The notes under the pieces are model-generated. The model had not been told where the DNA came from. It saw only the letters and a program-made list of their open reading frames with translations, and did not search any database. From positions 1,632,001 through 1,696,000 of the forward strand of contig CAXXTU010000002.1 in the NCBI GenBank assembly GCA_963662655.2: DNA of 64,000 nucleotides, written 5' to 3'. This document shows, one piece after another, positions 40,029 through 51,150 of this stretch. This DNA comes from Candidatus Cloacimonadales bacterium (GTDB taxonomy: Bacteria; Cloacimonadota; Cloacimonadia; Cloacimonadales; JAIOQZ01). The translations under genes and the position numbers were made by a program. Positions within the stretch are counted from its first letter, which is position 1, and each line of letters opens with the position of its first letter.

Positions 40029-40784
40029 CTATACCTCGAACAAGACAACCGTGCTGTTATCTTTTCCGCCGGCTTCATTGGCCGATTGAATCAGCGTGGA
40101 CGCCGACATCTCGAGGTCGGACGAATGCTTCAGTATTGTCTTGATTTCTCTGTCGCTCAGGAGATCGGTAAGGCCATCGCTGCAAAGGAGATAGATCGCG
40201 TTCTTCCGCACGGATGTCGTCTGGCTGAATATCGAGATATCCGAATCGATCCCTATGGCGCTTGTAACAAGGTGATTCAGCGGGTGCGAGCGCATCTCGT
40301 CTTTCGTGATAACGCCCTCCTCGTACAGTTCCCATACCTCCGAGTGATCCTTGCTGAGCTGGAATATCTGATCGTCGCAGAATTCATAGACACGGCTGTC
40401 TCCAACGGATACGATGTGCAGGGTGTCCTTCAAGACAAGCGTGCAGATAAACGTGGTTCCCATGCCGTGATACTCGGGGAATTTATGCGCGAAATCGCGT
40501 ATACGGTGGTTGATGTTCTCCAGAGTAATCCGCATGATTTCCAGGGGCGTCTTCGGAAGCTTCGGCATCGAGTACCATTCCGTGGCGAACCACTGCGTGG
40601 AAAACTTGCTGGCCACTTCTCCGGCCCGGTATCCGCCCAGGCCGTCCGCAACGATGAACAGATGCCCGAGTTTTTCTACGTTGTGGGATGGAAGCCCCGT
40701 CAGAAATGTGTGATCGGGAAGAAACAGGAAATCCTCGTTGTGTCCCCTGTACAGCCCTTTATCCGTTAAACCGTAGTATTGCAC
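40029..40784 (-). CDS. PP2C-family Ser/Thr phosphatase (Stp1/PrpC)
   Basis: NED, VADGLGG, MGTT, VGDSR.Y, LCSDGL, GGKDN. Confidence 0.93.
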   Translation of the reverse strand: MQYYGLTDKGLYRGHNEDFLFLPDHTFLTGLPSHNVEKLGHLFIVADGLGGYRAGEVASKFSTQWFATEWYSMPKLPKTPLEIMRITLENINHRIRDFAHKFPEYHGMGTTFICTLVLKDTLHIVSVGDSRVYEFCDDQIFQLSKDHSEVWELYEEGVITKDEMRSHPLNHLVTSAIGIDSDISIFSQTTSVRKNAIYLLCSDGLTDLLSDREIKTILKHSSDLEMSASTLIQSANEAGGKDNSTVVLFEV

Positions 40785-40796
40785 CGATTCTCCTGC

Positions 40797-42251
40797 TCAG
40801 CTTGCAGCATCTTTCCGCTTTATTAGTAGTTTGATTTCGCCGAGTATCTCACCCTTCGAAAGCTTCAACACGATCCCAAAATACAAAACAACGCTCAGTG
40901 TGGCAACAAGTAATCCCGCCAGCGTGCCCAGGCGCAATGAAATCAACAACGCCGCCGCGAGTAAAGCCACACACACCAGTATCATACCGGATCGCTTCCA
41001 AAAGGATATATAATCGAATCGCACCATATTGAAAACAATGCCGAGGAAAACGACGTGCGTGAGAAATTTCGCCACCACGAATCCCAGTATCGCGTGATAG
41101 AATCCGAACTGCGCACCGATGAAGAGCCCGGCGGAGGTCGATACGAGCGACGCTACTCGCCAGATGAACTCGATATGGGGCTTCCTAAACACGATCGGGA
41201 TAGAACTGAGCGGATTCATGATGAGCGTTGATAGAGCACTCAGCCCCATGATCACCATGATCACGGTCGTCTTGAGCCACTCGCCGCCCAGGAACAGCGG
41301 TATCAGCTTCGACGCAAGGATGATATAGAACATCAGCAGCGCCCACAGGGTGGATATCGTGAAATACAGGAAGCGCTGAATCTTGCCCTGAATTTCGTCC
41401 GGTCTCATCCGTGCGAAAGACGGAAAGAACACCTGAAGCGCTGAGTCTGTCAACAAAGTTACGGGGAGTGAAACAACGTTCCATGCCAGGAAGTATAAAC
41501 CGGTGTATTCAATTCCCCTCTCTGGGAAAGCAATCCCCAGCAGGAAAATGGGACCCGCTCCTACGAACGCACCCATCAGGTGCATCGCGGTGGTGGTCAG
41601 CAGGAACCCTTTGTTAGCCTTCAGCTGGGCGACCTTCTCACGGACGGGGACTTGAAACAGACTGTCCAAAACTCTGCTCGGGAAGCGGCTCTTCCTGCTG
41701 AAAAGAACCAGGAGCATCTCGATGATATCGCCACAGAAAAAGGCGATCAGCACGACCCACAGGCTCCTCCAGAAGAACAGGAACACGATGGCCGCAACCG
41801 AGTACGCAAGCACATTGACCGTCTCGAAAAGAGAGGTTTCCTTAAAGCGGAACTCCTTTTTCAAACTGACTTTCAGCACCTGCCGCAGAACGTAGACGAG
41901 CAAGATTGGGAACGTGTATAAAACGATGCGCTTCAGCTCGGGCGTTTCGTAGAGAGCAGCGATGAGTCCCGAGGTAAACGGCAGGGCGATGGTTGCGATC
42001 AGGCCGAGAAGGAGCGGCAGCGAGACAAACAGCGGGAACATGCGCTCGCTGTCTTTCTCAACGATGTAAAGGGCATCCATGCTGAAGACCGCGAAGGTCG
42101 TCAGGAGCGTGATGAATCGTGTGTAGGTACCGAAGAGGCCCAGCGCTTCGCTATCGATGACGCGAGCGATGTAGAGGAACAACAGAATGACCAGGGCACG
42201 CTTGAAAACCGTAGCGGACAGGGTCCAGCGAATGCTCCCCAGTGTGTTCAT
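40797..42251 (-). CDS. oligosaccharide flippase (Wzx/MOP family)
   Basis: Many TM segments; V.FPSFAR and FLGGEW patterns. Confidence 0.82.
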   Translation of the reverse strand: MNTLGSIRWTLSATVFKRALVILLFLYIARVIDSEALGLFGTYTRFITLLTTFAVFSMDALYIVEKDSERMFPLFVSLPLLLGLIATIALPFTSGLIAALYETPELKRIVLYTFPILLVYVLRQVLKVSLKKEFRFKETSLFETVNVLAYSVAAIVFLFFWRSLWVVLIAFFCGDIIEMLLVLFSRKSRFPSRVLDSLFQVPVREKVAQLKANKGFLLTTTAMHLMGAFVGAGPIFLLGIAFPERGIEYTGLYFLAWNVVSLPVTLLTDSALQVFFPSFARMRPDEIQGKIQRFLYFTISTLWALLMFYIILASKLIPLFLGGEWLKTTVIMVIMGLSALSTLIMNPLSSIPIVFRKPHIEFIWRVASLVSTSAGLFIGAQFGFYHAILGFVVAKFLTHVVFLGIVFNMVRFDYISFWKRSGMILVCVALLAAALLISLRLGTLAGLLVATLSVVLYFGIVLKLSKGEILGEIKLLIKRKDAAS

Positions 42252-42252
42252 A

Positions 42253-43899
42253 TCACTCGATCCCCAGCATGGCTGGAAGGAAGGCGCAGCACATGATGCC
42301 GTTGGGCGACATCTGCGAAACCCGTTGTTTCCTCACCCAGCCAAGGTGGTCGGCGGACATTTTACATCGCTGATCCCGCAGAAAATCCTCCGCCGCAGCG
42401 AGATCGGGGAACAGCTCGTCGACTCTCGACTTCATGAAGCGCGTGAAGCCTCCCGTTCCGAAGTAGCTGTACGGCTCCCTCCAGGCAAACTCAGAAGGTA
42501 TCAACATCTTGCGGAACATGTTGTGCGGATCCGTTTTCCTGCGAGCGATCATCTTACCGGCTTTCACATGCTTCTGAATCTTCTCCTCATCGCTTCCCAG
42601 CAACTTTCCGTTTACCGGTATCTGCGCCAGCCCTTGTGGCGTGGTCTGTAAAAACTCGAGCGAAGCTCTGGTGTATGCGCGCTGCTTGTAGCGTTCCGCT
42701 ACTTTCAGGCACAGGAACGGCTCCACAACTTTCGACTGATAGAACGGGAAGAACACGGGAAATCCATTTCCCGCGTAGTTCGGGCCAGTATGGAACTTCC
42801 GTTTGGGGTTCTCCAGCGACCACCGTTCCGCGACGGCAGGGACGCTTTCGCCCCTCGTCTCGAGCAGGCTCTTACGCACCAGTTCCTCGATCAGCGCGGT
42901 GAAGTCCTTCGATGAATGCGCAGTGTTGTAAAACAGCTTCCAGGTGAAGTAGTCAGAGAGCTTTTCGGGGCTGTTGTGCTCCAGAACCTCGTTGGTGATG
43001 GCATTCCCGGCAATCCAGTTACCGCCATGCCCGGTGACGACGACCCGGTTCCCCTTCTCGAGATGATTGCTTGCGATCCAGCCGGATTCCTGGGGCACGT
43101 TGCGTCCCTGGAATCCACACTCGACAAGACGCTTGATGCGCGATTTGGAGAATCCGGTTTTCGCGGAGACCGAATCGAAGCTGTAGTTTCTGTGCAGGAT
43201 TCCCGCTTTCGAGCTCAAGCTCTGAGCGGTAAGCATGTCCGGCTCATCTTTGAGGCCGTACGTGAAAGTCTCCAAACCAAGACCCTTCCGCAACGCGTCC
43301 GCGAGCACGAGCCTCGAATCGAGACCGGCCGTAAGAGCGAGCTGATACACAGCCTCATGGTCTGCCAGTTGCGGCAGCAGATGCGTGAAAGGGGATGTGA
43401 CGGGCAGGGCGTCCTCGCTGTATTGGATATCGTTCGCCGACCACACGTGCGAAGTCAACTCGCGCTTCAGGCGATCGAAGCAATAGAGCGTTCCCGGGAG
43501 GCACTCGAAAACGCCGCGGTAAGCCGTGCTCTCGCCCAGTGTAATGCTTCCGGCAAGCAGTGTGCACATTGAGAACTCGTTCAGCTTGAGCTGATCGCGC
43601 TGCTTCCAGGGATCGATGAATATTTCGAGACGGTCGTCGAACCGATAGAACAGAGGCTTCAAGCCGTAACGATCCGAGCCGAAGAAAATCCGGTCGCCCT
43701 CGTCTTTCCAGATATAGTGGAACATGCCTTCGATGTTGGGTAACCACTTCAGAGGTTGTTCGTGCTTGAACTTCCAGTCGAACAGTTCCGAGGCCTTGTT
43801 TCCGTGATACAGCTTATTCTTCTCTACCAGCGTTCCGTCAAAAAAGCAAAAAGGTTCCGGCACATAGAGAGGAACTGCCTTTTCACTGGAATATATCAT
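42253..43899 (-). CDS. asparagine synthase-related protein (polysaccharide amidotransferase-like)
   Basis: SDRYGLKPLFY, LTAGLDSR, TYG, TGHGG; GGAG RBS before MIYS. Confidence 0.72.
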   Translation of the reverse strand: MIYSSEKAVPLYVPEPFCFFDGTLVEKNKLYHGNKASELFDWKFKHEQPLKWLPNIEGMFHYIWKDEGDRIFFGSDRYGLKPLFYRFDDRLEIFIDPWKQRDQLKLNEFSMCTLLAGSITLGESTAYRGVFECLPGTLYCFDRLKRELTSHVWSANDIQYSEDALPVTSPFTHLLPQLADHEAVYQLALTAGLDSRLVLADALRKGLGLETFTYGLKDEPDMLTAQSLSSKAGILHRNYSFDSVSAKTGFSKSRIKRLVECGFQGRNVPQESGWIASNHLEKGNRVVVTGHGGNWIAGNAITNEVLEHNSPEKLSDYFTWKLFYNTAHSSKDFTALIEELVRKSLLETRGESVPAVAERWSLENPKRKFHTGPNYAGNGFPVFFPFYQSKVVEPFLCLKVAERYKQRAYTRASLEFLQTTPQGLAQIPVNGKLLGSDEEKIQKHVKAGKMIARRKTDPHNMFRKMLIPSEFAWREPYSYFGTGGFTRFMKSRVDELFPDLAAAEDFLRDQRCKMSADHLGWVRKQRVSQMSPNGIMCCAFLPAMLGIE

Positions 43900-43913
43900 A
43901 TTTTCTCCATTAT

Positions 43914-43942
43914 AAAAAAGGGTGAGTATCCCCACCCTTTTT
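43914..43942 (-). terminator. intrinsic terminator after metK
   Basis: AAAAAGGGTG/CACCCTTTTT inverted repeat ending in T6 on the minus strand. Confidence 0.75.
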
Positions 43943-43959
43943 CGAAACCTATATCATTC

Positions 43960-45135
43960 TTAGAACTTGCTTTGCAGCGCTTTGACTTTGTCCGTATTTT
44001 CCCATGCGAACTGCTTGATCTCGCGTCCGAAATGGCCATACGCAGCGGTAAGGCGATAGATGGGACGGCGCAGCTTGAGGTGCTCGATGATTCCTTCCGG
44101 GTTGAGCGGGAAGATTTCTCGAACCACTTTCACCAGTTGTTCGTCCGGCACTTTACCGGTATTGAAGGTGTTGATCATCACCGAGACGGGATCGGCGACA
44201 CCGATCGCGTAGGCGAGCTGCACTTCGCACTCTTCGGCGAGTTCGGCTGCCACGATGTTCTTGGCGATGTAACGTCCCATGTAAGACGCACTGCGATCCA
44301 CCTTGGTCGGATCCTTACCCGAGAACGCGCCGCCGCCGTGGCTTCCCTTGCCACCGTAAGTATCGACGATGATCTTGCGTCCGGTAAGTCCGGTATCGGC
44401 ATGAGGGCCGCCAAGCACAAAGCGCCCGGTAGGGTTGATGAAGAACTTCGTGTTCGCGTCGATCATCTCTGCCGGAATAATCGGCTTGATCACATGCTTG
44501 ATCATGTCTTCACGAATCTGTTCGTGCGTCGCTTCGGGATTGTGTTGTGTCGAGATGACAACTGCTTCCACGCGATGCGGCTTGTTGTTCATGTACTCGA
44601 TACTGACCTGGGATTTGCCGTCGGGACGAAGGTACTTCAATTCCGGTGGGCAATCCTTGCAGCCTTTGCGTACAAGAGCGAGCTGCTTGACGAGTTTGTG
44701 GGCAAGCATGATCGGCATGGGCATGAGTTCCGGCGTCTCACGGCAGGCATATCCGAACATCATACCCTGATCGCCTGCGCCCACCATGTTGTGTAATTCG
44801 GTTTTGTCCACGCCCATCGCGATGTCTGTCGACTGCTTATCGATGGTCGTAATCACCGCGCAAGTTTTATGATCGATCCCGTAATCGGCGTTATTGTAGC
44901 CAATCTCTTCGATGGTTTGACGAACGATATCCGGGATATGCACGTAACAATCGGTCGATATTTCACCGCCAACAAGTGCCATGCCTGTTGTCAGGAATGT
45001 TTCACAAGCGACCCTCGCGTAAGGGTCTTGCGAGAAAATCGCATCGAGGACGGCATCGGAAATCTGATCCGCCATCTTGTCCGGGTGCCCTTCGGTTACG
45101 GATTCCGAGGTGAAAAGGTGTTTTTCGTCCTTCAT
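43960..45135 (-). CDS. metK: S-adenosylmethionine synthetase
   Basis: [42 protein letters not shown]. Confidence 0.98.
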   Translation of the reverse strand: MKDEKHLFTSESVTEGHPDKMADQISDAVLDAIFSQDPYARVACETFLTTGMALVGGEISTDCYVHIPDIVRQTIEEIGYNNADYGIDHKTCAVITTIDKQSTDIAMGVDKTELHNMVGAGDQGMMFGYACRETPELMPMPIMLAHKLVKQLALVRKGCKDCPPELKYLRPDGKSQVSIEYMNNKPHRVEAVVISTQHNPEATHEQIREDMIKHVIKPIIPAEMIDANTKFFINPTGRFVLGGPHADTGLTGRKIIVDTYGGKGSHGGGAFSGKDPTKVDRSASYMGRYIAKNIVAAELAEECEVQLAYAIGVADPVSVMINTFNTGKVPDEQLVKVVREIFPLNPEGIIEHLKLRRPIYRLTAAYGHFGREIKQFAWENTDKVKALQSKF

Positions 45136-45145
45136 GGGTTTCTCC

Positions 45146-46192
45146 TTATATGTTGCTCTTCAGATAGTTGATGTAATTGATTCCGGTCGGATCCGTTCCG
45201 TCCAGAATTGCCAGATAAAAACTTATCATGTCGCCGAGGTAGATCAGCGAAAACATTTGCTCCAGCAAACTCTCCCCCTCGGTGTAGAAGACTTGCGAAG
45301 GTACGTTGTCCCTCGTAAATAGCGCTTGCATTGCTCTTATGCGCTTGAGGTAGTTTTCGTCCTCCTGCAGGTTCTGCAGGAAGATCGGGAACAGTTGCTT
45401 CCGAAGCTCCGGGTGCTCCCATCCCTCGATTTCATTATGATTCATCTCGGGAAGGGTGTGACTGAACGCGGGATACTTCGCGTTCTCGTTCAATTGGCAT
45501 TTCCAGCGATAGGCCACCGGCAGCAGTTCCGGCCGCGACGCATACACCACGGGGATTTTACCCTGAAGCTCTTTCGCCGAAAGCTTGGCGATGTTACGAT
45601 CTTCGGGGACGCTGTCGGCAATCGCTCCGGCTTTCTTGATCAGCATCGCGACGATTGCCTTCACGACATCCTGCTGAGATTCGATCATCTCGTATGTCTC
45701 CAGCAAACGTAGCGCGGAGAAGAACAGGTATCCGATGGCCGAGCGTGGCGGGAATCCTGCCGGGACTTCCACCCATACTTCGTTCGGCAACAGAGAATCC
45801 TTGAGCTTTCCGCCGGACGTGATGGCGGCGATGAACGCGCCTCTTCTTCGAGCCTCTTCCACGCAGGAGAGCGTCTCTTCCGTGTTTCCCGAATAACTGA
45901 TCGCGATGAGCAGGGTCTCGTTATCGACGTAGGGCGGTAAATAGTTTTTTACCACTTCGACGGGAAATTTTGCGCCAAATGCGGAAGCGGCGAGATCGCC
46001 GGAAATCGCCGATCCCCCCATGCCGCTGAACATGACTTTCTTTATCGTACCCGGAATCAGGAAATCCGCGGGAACATGGACAATCGCTTCGTTGTAGGCT
46101 TTCAATACCTGCTCGGGAAGATGGATGATCCTCTCGTACATTCCATCCACATCGAGCCTTTGAATTTCTTTGACGTTATCGAGAACTGTCAT
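45146..46192 (-). CDS. bifunctional phosphoglucose/phosphomannose isomerase (SIS family)
   Basis: [41 protein letters not shown]. Confidence 0.92.
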   Translation of the reverse strand: MTVLDNVKEIQRLDVDGMYERIIHLPEQVLKAYNEAIVHVPADFLIPGTIKKVMFSGMGGSAISGDLAASAFGAKFPVEVVKNYLPPYVDNETLLIAISYSGNTEETLSCVEEARRRGAFIAAITSGGKLKDSLLPNEVWVEVPAGFPPRSAIGYLFFSALRLLETYEMIESQQDVVKAIVAMLIKKAGAIADSVPEDRNIAKLSAKELQGKIPVVYASRPELLPVAYRWKCQLNENAKYPAFSHTLPEMNHNEIEGWEHPELRKQLFPIFLQNLQEDENYLKRIRAMQALFTRDNVPSQVFYTEGESLLEQMFSLIYLGDMISFYLAILDGTDPTGINYINYLKSNI

Positions 46193-47556
46193 AAAATCTT
46201 TCCTTTCTTCGATTTATCTTTGAGAAACGCGTCGATTTCGCGCTTCCGATCTTCGAATCCCTTTTTCCCCATCATCGCGTAGGTTGCTATCTTCCCTGTT
46301 TCTACACCGGGCTGATCCAGCGGATTGATGTTCAGGAGCTTGCCTGCAAACACCGTCTGGACTTCATACAGGAAGATGAACTCGCCCAGATGGAAGGCGT
46401 CGAGCTTGGGGAACAAAATGGTGCAATTGGGACGTCCGGCGTCGGTGAGGGCGATCTCGGTAGCCTGGCGCTCCACATTGAGAAGCGTGCTGAGATTCTG
46501 CCCGTCGAGGTAGTTGACCTCGTCCCGCTCCGGATAAATCCCGGGAATCTCGTAGTCGCATCCGAACCGCTCCAGACCGAGGAAGGTGACCACCTTGTCA
46601 TTGGGGCCTTCCGCGTAGAGCTGTACCTGCGAATGCTGGTCCGTGGTTCCGAGCGCCTTCACGGGCGTCTGCCCCACGAAAATCTCTTTTCCATCGACAT
46701 CATACCGCTTGCCGAGGCTCTCCGCCCAAAGTTGGCGATACCAGTCCGCCATGTCGTAGAGCGGATTGGAGTAAGGCATCATCACGGAGATGTTCATCCC
46801 CTTTTCCATGAACAGCACGTGCAGAAGCGCGTTCAGGTAGGCGGGATTCTTCATGACATCGCCTTGCTCGCAGCGATCTCGCATTGAGGCAGCGCCCCGG
46901 AGCAACTCATCGATGTCAATCCCCACAAACGCCGAAGAAACCAGTCCAACGTCCGTCAGCACGGAAAATCGCCCGCCGACATTCCCCGGAACCTCGAAGT
47001 CCCGGTAGCCGTTCTGGTTGATCAACTGGCGCAGGAAACCTTTCTCGGCATCGGTGGTGACGACCACGTTCTTCTTGTAGTCCTCGCCGAGGGCTTCGCG
47101 AAGCATTTCGAGCGCGATCAAGTACGTGCTCATTGTTTCGGCCGTCGTGCCCGACTTGGTGATCACGTTGAACAGCGTGCGCGGGATGTCCACCTGATCC
47201 ATGATTTCCTTCATCAGGTAAGGATCGACGTTATCCGCGATGAACAGCTTTTTTTCGAGGCCCAGCTCCGTCTTGAGCGCGGAGTAGAGCGCGCGGTTTC
47301 CCAGGGCCGATCCTCCGATCCCGAGTACGACCATGCTATCGAAATCGTTCTTCACCTCTTCGACGAACGCCTTGATCTTCGTCGTATCGAAGTCGGGCAG
47401 TTCGAAGAAACCCAGGACGTCGTTCTTGCGATCGTCCAGGATCGCTCGATGGGCCTTCTCGCAGCGGATGATGCTTTTATCCAACTCTTCGGCTTTGATG
47501 CCGGAGGGAATTTTATCGGAATATAAAAGATTGGTGTAATCAAACTTTAATGCCAT
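46189..47556 (-). CDS. pgi: glucose-6-phosphate isomerase
   Basis: LGIGGSALG, KSGTTAET, VGGRFSV, QLWAESLGK, DQHS..Q, DQPGVE.GK. Confidence 0.96.
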   Translation of the reverse strand: MALKFDYTNLLYSDKIPSGIKAEELDKSIIRCEKAHRAILDDRKNDVLGFFELPDFDTTKIKAFVEEVKNDFDSMVVLGIGGSALGNRALYSALKTELGLEKKLFIADNVDPYLMKEIMDQVDIPRTLFNVITKSGTTAETMSTYLIALEMLREALGEDYKKNVVVTTDAEKGFLRQLINQNGYRDFEVPGNVGGRFSVLTDVGLVSSAFVGIDIDELLRGAASMRDRCEQGDVMKNPAYLNALLHVLFMEKGMNISVMMPYSNPLYDMADWYRQLWAESLGKRYDVDGKEIFVGQTPVKALGTTDQHSQVQLYAEGPNDKVVTFLGLERFGCDYEIPGIYPERDEVNYLDGQNLSTLLNVERQATEIALTDAGRPNCTILFPKLDAFHLGEFIFLYEVQTVFAGKLLNINPLDQPGVETGKIATYAMMGKKGFEDRKREIDAFLKDKSKKGKIL

Positions 47557-49270
47557 ATTTATCTCTCCATCTGACAATGGTTTTCTGTACGTTTTTCGAG
47601 GTTATCTGATCGAGTATATCGAGCACCAGATCCACCAGGATGCTGGAATCGATTTTACTGATGAATTCCTTGATGATGAGGAGCGATCCCGGATTGACGC
47701 TGAGCTCCGTAATCCCGAGTCCCAGAAGGATCGGCACGAAATCCCGATCCGAGGCCATCTCTCCGCAAACGGACACGGGCAGATTGTACTTCCTCGCGTT
47801 CTGGACAATCAGCGTAATCAGGTGCATGATCGCCGGATGATAGGGATTGTAATAATCGGTTACGTTCTCGCTGGTACGGTCAACCGCCAGCGTGTATTGG
47901 ATCAGGTCGTTGGTCCCGATGCTGAAGAAATCGCAGTGCTGCGCCAGCGTATCGGAGATCATCGCTGCGGATGGTACTTCGATCATCACGCCCAGCTTGA
48001 TCTCTTCGTCGAAGGGAATCTCGTTCTTGCGCAGCTCGTTCATGCATTCGTTCATGTGCTGCTTGGCGCGCAGAAGCTCGTCCAGACTGGAAACCATCGG
48101 GAACATCACTTTGATGTTGCCGTAGTGGCTGGCTCGTAAAATCGCCTTCAATTGAGCATGAAACATCTCGGGATTTCTGAGCGAAAGCCGTATTCCCCGA
48201 CAACCCAGGTTCGGGTTTTCCTCGTGGCGCAGATTGATGGAAGCGTGCAGCTTGTCACCGCCGATATCGACCGTGCGGATGATCACCGGATTGGGCTTGA
48301 GCGCTTCCGCGATCATTTTATATTGTTCGAACTGCTCGTTCTCGCTCGGTAATTCCATATCGCCAATGTAGATGAATTCCGTGCGGAACAGCCCGATACC
48401 ATCCGCATTGATTCTCTTGACATGCGCCAGTTCGTCGGGAAGCTCGATGTTACAGCGAAGGTTTATCCGCACACCGTCCTTGGTTTTGGCAGGAAGATCG
48501 ACTAGCTTGAGAAGTTGCTCCGAGCGGTATCTTTCCTGCTCGATCATGTGCTTGTAAAGGGTAATGTTCTGTTGACTCGGTGAAAGGATGACCTCTCCGG
48601 CATAGCCATCGAGAATGAGCTCCTGATCGTTGCTGACACTTTTCAACAGGTTCTCCACCCCAACGACGGCCGGGATTCCCAGTGCACGCGCGACAATGGA
48701 ACTGTGCGATGTCCTGCTACCGATCTCGGCAACGACACCGGCTATCCCCTTCTTGGACACCTTTGTCAGGAGCGACACGGGAATCTCTTCGAGAACGAGA
48801 ATCGAATCGTTGTGGAGCTTGCTGAGGATATCGTCCTCGTAGCCCATCATGTGGCCCAACAGGCGATTGGCAACTTCACGGTAATCGGAGACACGCTCAG
48901 CGTAGTAGGCGTTGTCCATCTTCTCGAAAAGGTCGATGGCATAAGAGAAATGACGATGCACCGCATTCTCCAGCCCCACCATGTTCTCGTCGAGGATTCT
49001 GGATACATTTTTCCTGAGCTCGGGATCCTGAAGGATCAGCTTGTGAGAATGAAGTATCTCGCGGTCGACATCGGAGAACGCATACTCATCGATAAGATGA
49101 TCGATATCGGAAACAACCTTCTCAATCGCAGAATCAAGTCGCTCAAGCTCTCTGAGAATGCATTCCTTTTCAATACGCCGCTCGGGGATCGTCATCGGAT
49201 GGATTTCTTTCAAGACCGCCTTTCCGATGGAAATCCCATGAGAAACTCCAAGCCCCTTCAGTTTTTGCAT
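47540..49270 (-). CDS. ptsI: PTS enzyme I (phosphoenolpyruvate-protein phosphotransferase)
   Basis: TSHSSIVAR, GLFRTEF, DIGGDK, MIEVP, SIGTNDL.QY, CGEMA. Confidence 0.95.
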   Translation of the reverse strand: MQKLKGLGVSHGISIGKAVLKEIHPMTIPERRIEKECILRELERLDSAIEKVVSDIDHLIDEYAFSDVDREILHSHKLILQDPELRKNVSRILDENMVGLENAVHRHFSYAIDLFEKMDNAYYAERVSDYREVANRLLGHMMGYEDDILSKLHNDSILVLEEIPVSLLTKVSKKGIAGVVAEIGSRTSHSSIVARALGIPAVVGVENLLKSVSNDQELILDGYAGEVILSPSQQNITLYKHMIEQERYRSEQLLKLVDLPAKTKDGVRINLRCNIELPDELAHVKRINADGIGLFRTEFIYIGDMELPSENEQFEQYKMIAEALKPNPVIIRTVDIGGDKLHASINLRHEENPNLGCRGIRLSLRNPEMFHAQLKAILRASHYGNIKVMFPMVSSLDELLRAKQHMNECMNELRKNEIPFDEEIKLGVMIEVPSAAMISDTLAQHCDFFSIGTNDLIQYTLAVDRTSENVTDYYNPYHPAIMHLITLIVQNARKYNLPVSVCGEMASDRDFVPILLGLGITELSVNPGSLLIIKEFISKIDSSILVDLVLDILDQITSKNVQKTIVRWRDKYGIKV

Positions 49271-49536
49271 CAGTCCTCGTCAAATTTGGTTACAAAAAGC
49301 TGTTCGATCTCCTGCATCAGGAACTCTTCATCGGGGCCATGAGCCCATAGCCTCAATTCCGTTCCCTGTGTCGCAGCGAGGGTCATAACCCCCATGATGC
49401 TTTTGCCGTTCACCTCGGTGTCGTCTTTGATTATTTTAAAATCCGAGCGAAACTTGTTCGCCGTTCTCACAATAAGCGTGCATGGTCTGGCATGCAAACC
49501 CAGTGTATTCTGAACAACCGTTGTTTTTTCAATCAT
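49270..49536 (-). CDS. ptsH: phosphocarrier protein HPr
   Basis: GLHARP (His15) and KSIMGVM (Ser46). Confidence 0.95.
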   Translation of the reverse strand: MIEKTTVVQNTLGLHARPCTLIVRTANKFRSDFKIIKDDTEVNGKSIMGVMTLAATQGTELRLWAHGPDEEFLMQEIEQLFVTKFDED

Positions 49537-49574
49537 TTTCTAATCTACTTTCGATCTTACAATAAGGTCAATAA

Positions 49575-50522
49575 TTATTTCCGGCTGGATAGCGTTTTTT
49601 GCCGGATTTCTTCCTGGAGGCGTCTCGTGTACGCTTCGGCGGCGTCGTATCCAAACGTTTTAAGGATGTGGTTCATTGCGATAACTTCAATAATAACAGA
49701 CACATTCTTCCCCGGTGAAACAGGGAGGTAGATCACGGGGATATTGATACCGTGATATCCCACGAAATTATTCTTCAGGCCGAGGCGCTCGTAGTCCATG
49801 CTGTCCCGCCAGGGCATGAGCTCGACCTGAATCTCGATCTGCTTGTTCTGGCGGACGACCTGAATCCCGAACATCCTTTCGATGTCGATGATTCCGACGC
49901 CGCGCACTTCCATGAACCAGCCTGCATCCTTGGCCGGCATTCCGATCAAGATGTCGTTTGAGAGGGCGATTTTGACAAGATCATCCGCGATCAGGCGGTG
50001 ACCGCGCTCCACGAGGTCAAGCGCGCACTCGCTCTTTCCGATACCGCTTGCGCCGGTGAGCATCACGCCCACGCCGAAGACATCGACCAACGTCGCGTGG
50101 ATCGCCTTCTTCGGTGCGAAGTGCTCGTTCAGATAGCGATTGAGATTGTTGAACAGCTTCTCGGTGGTCAGACGGCTGGACAGCAGCGCGATGTTCATCT
50201 CGTTGGCCAGATACTCCAGATGATGCGGAACGGTGAGTCCCTTGGTGACGATGATACAGGGAATGCTGTACTCGAAAACCGATTTGAGCCGCTCATACAG
50301 GGCGTCTTCGTTCAGCGTCTGCAAAAAACTGATTTCCGTCTCGCCCAGCACCTGAACCCGTTTGTACGCAAAGCGGTCGAGATAGCCGGCCAGGGCGAGT
50401 CCCGGGCGATTCAACTGGGAATCGGTAATGAGATTGTTCAACGATTTCTTACGACTGATCAGCGAAAGCGCGAGGTCTTTCTTTTTCTTTTCGAAAAGCT
50501 CTTTTACGGATAGATCTACCAT
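49575..50522 (-). CDS. hprK: HPr(Ser) kinase/phosphorylase
   Basis: RPGLALAG, G.SGIGKSE.AL.L, GHRLIADD, EVRG.GII. Confidence 0.96.
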   Translation of the reverse strand: MVDLSVKELFEKKKKDLALSLISRKKSLNNLITDSQLNRPGLALAGYLDRFAYKRVQVLGETEISFLQTLNEDALYERLKSVFEYSIPCIIVTKGLTVPHHLEYLANEMNIALLSSRLTTEKLFNNLNRYLNEHFAPKKAIHATLVDVFGVGVMLTGASGIGKSECALDLVERGHRLIADDLVKIALSNDILIGMPAKDAGWFMEVRGVGIIDIERMFGIQVVRQNKQIEIQVELMPWRDSMDYERLGLKNNFVGYHGINIPVIYLPVSPGKNVSVIIEVIAMNHILKTFGYDAAEAYTRRLQEEIRQKTLSSRK

Positions 50523-50596
50523 GATACCTCTCAAGGTGAACGGGTAGCCGTCCACAAGGAACGGCCACCCATGTATTTACTGTTGGAAACGATACA

Positions 50597-51130
50597 TCAA
50601 GGCATGAGAAGCTTGAAGTGCTCATCGTCCTTCTTGACCAGGACGTTGATGCGATCCGTCTCCACGTTTTTGAAGATTAAATAAGAATCCTTGGTCTTCT
50701 CGATCTGATTCATCGCCTCGTCGATGCTGTACGTCTCGGCGATAATTCGTTTCGTTTTCAGGCGTTTTCTCGGCTCATCACCTCCGTGACGTTCGAAGAG
50801 ATCAGCATAAACGAAATGCAAATCTTCCTTCAATCTTTTTTTCTGATGATCGGTAACTTTGTCTTTCAGCTTCTTGATCTGAGACTCCATTTTGTCGATC
50901 ACCGTGTCTACCGCCAAATACATATCATGGTCTTCGGCTTCGCTCTGAAGACTGAAATGAGATGCGTGAAGCGACATTTCAACGTGATTCCGGCTGCCCT
51001 CGAGAGATAAGGTCAAGTGAACATTGATAATGTGATCAAAGTACTTTTCCAGCTTTTCGCAAGCTTCTTCAACGTGGTCACGGATCGCGTTGGTTAGATC
51101 AAAGTGGCGTGCAGTGATTGTGATTTGCAT
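50597..51130 (-). CDS. hpf: ribosome hibernation factor (long HPF/RaiA)
   Basis: MQITITARH, KLEKYF, DMY.AVD....K; C-terminal extension typical of long HPF. Confidence 0.92.
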   Translation of the reverse strand: MQITITARHFDLTNAIRDHVEEACEKLEKYFDHIINVHLTLSLEGSRNHVEMSLHASHFSLQSEAEDHDMYLAVDTVIDKMESQIKKLKDKVTDHQKKRLKEDLHFVYADLFERHGGDEPRKRLKTKRIIAETYSIDEAMNQIEKTKDSYLIFKNVETDRINVLVKKDDEHFKLLMP

Positions 51131-51150
51131 AGTGTTCCCCTTTCTTTGGT

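Noticed and set aside
50542..50570. Hairpin between hpf and hprK as a member of the repeat families
   Set aside because: It is a simple 10 bp stem with no shared motif, more likely an mRNA-stabilising or weak terminator hairpin.
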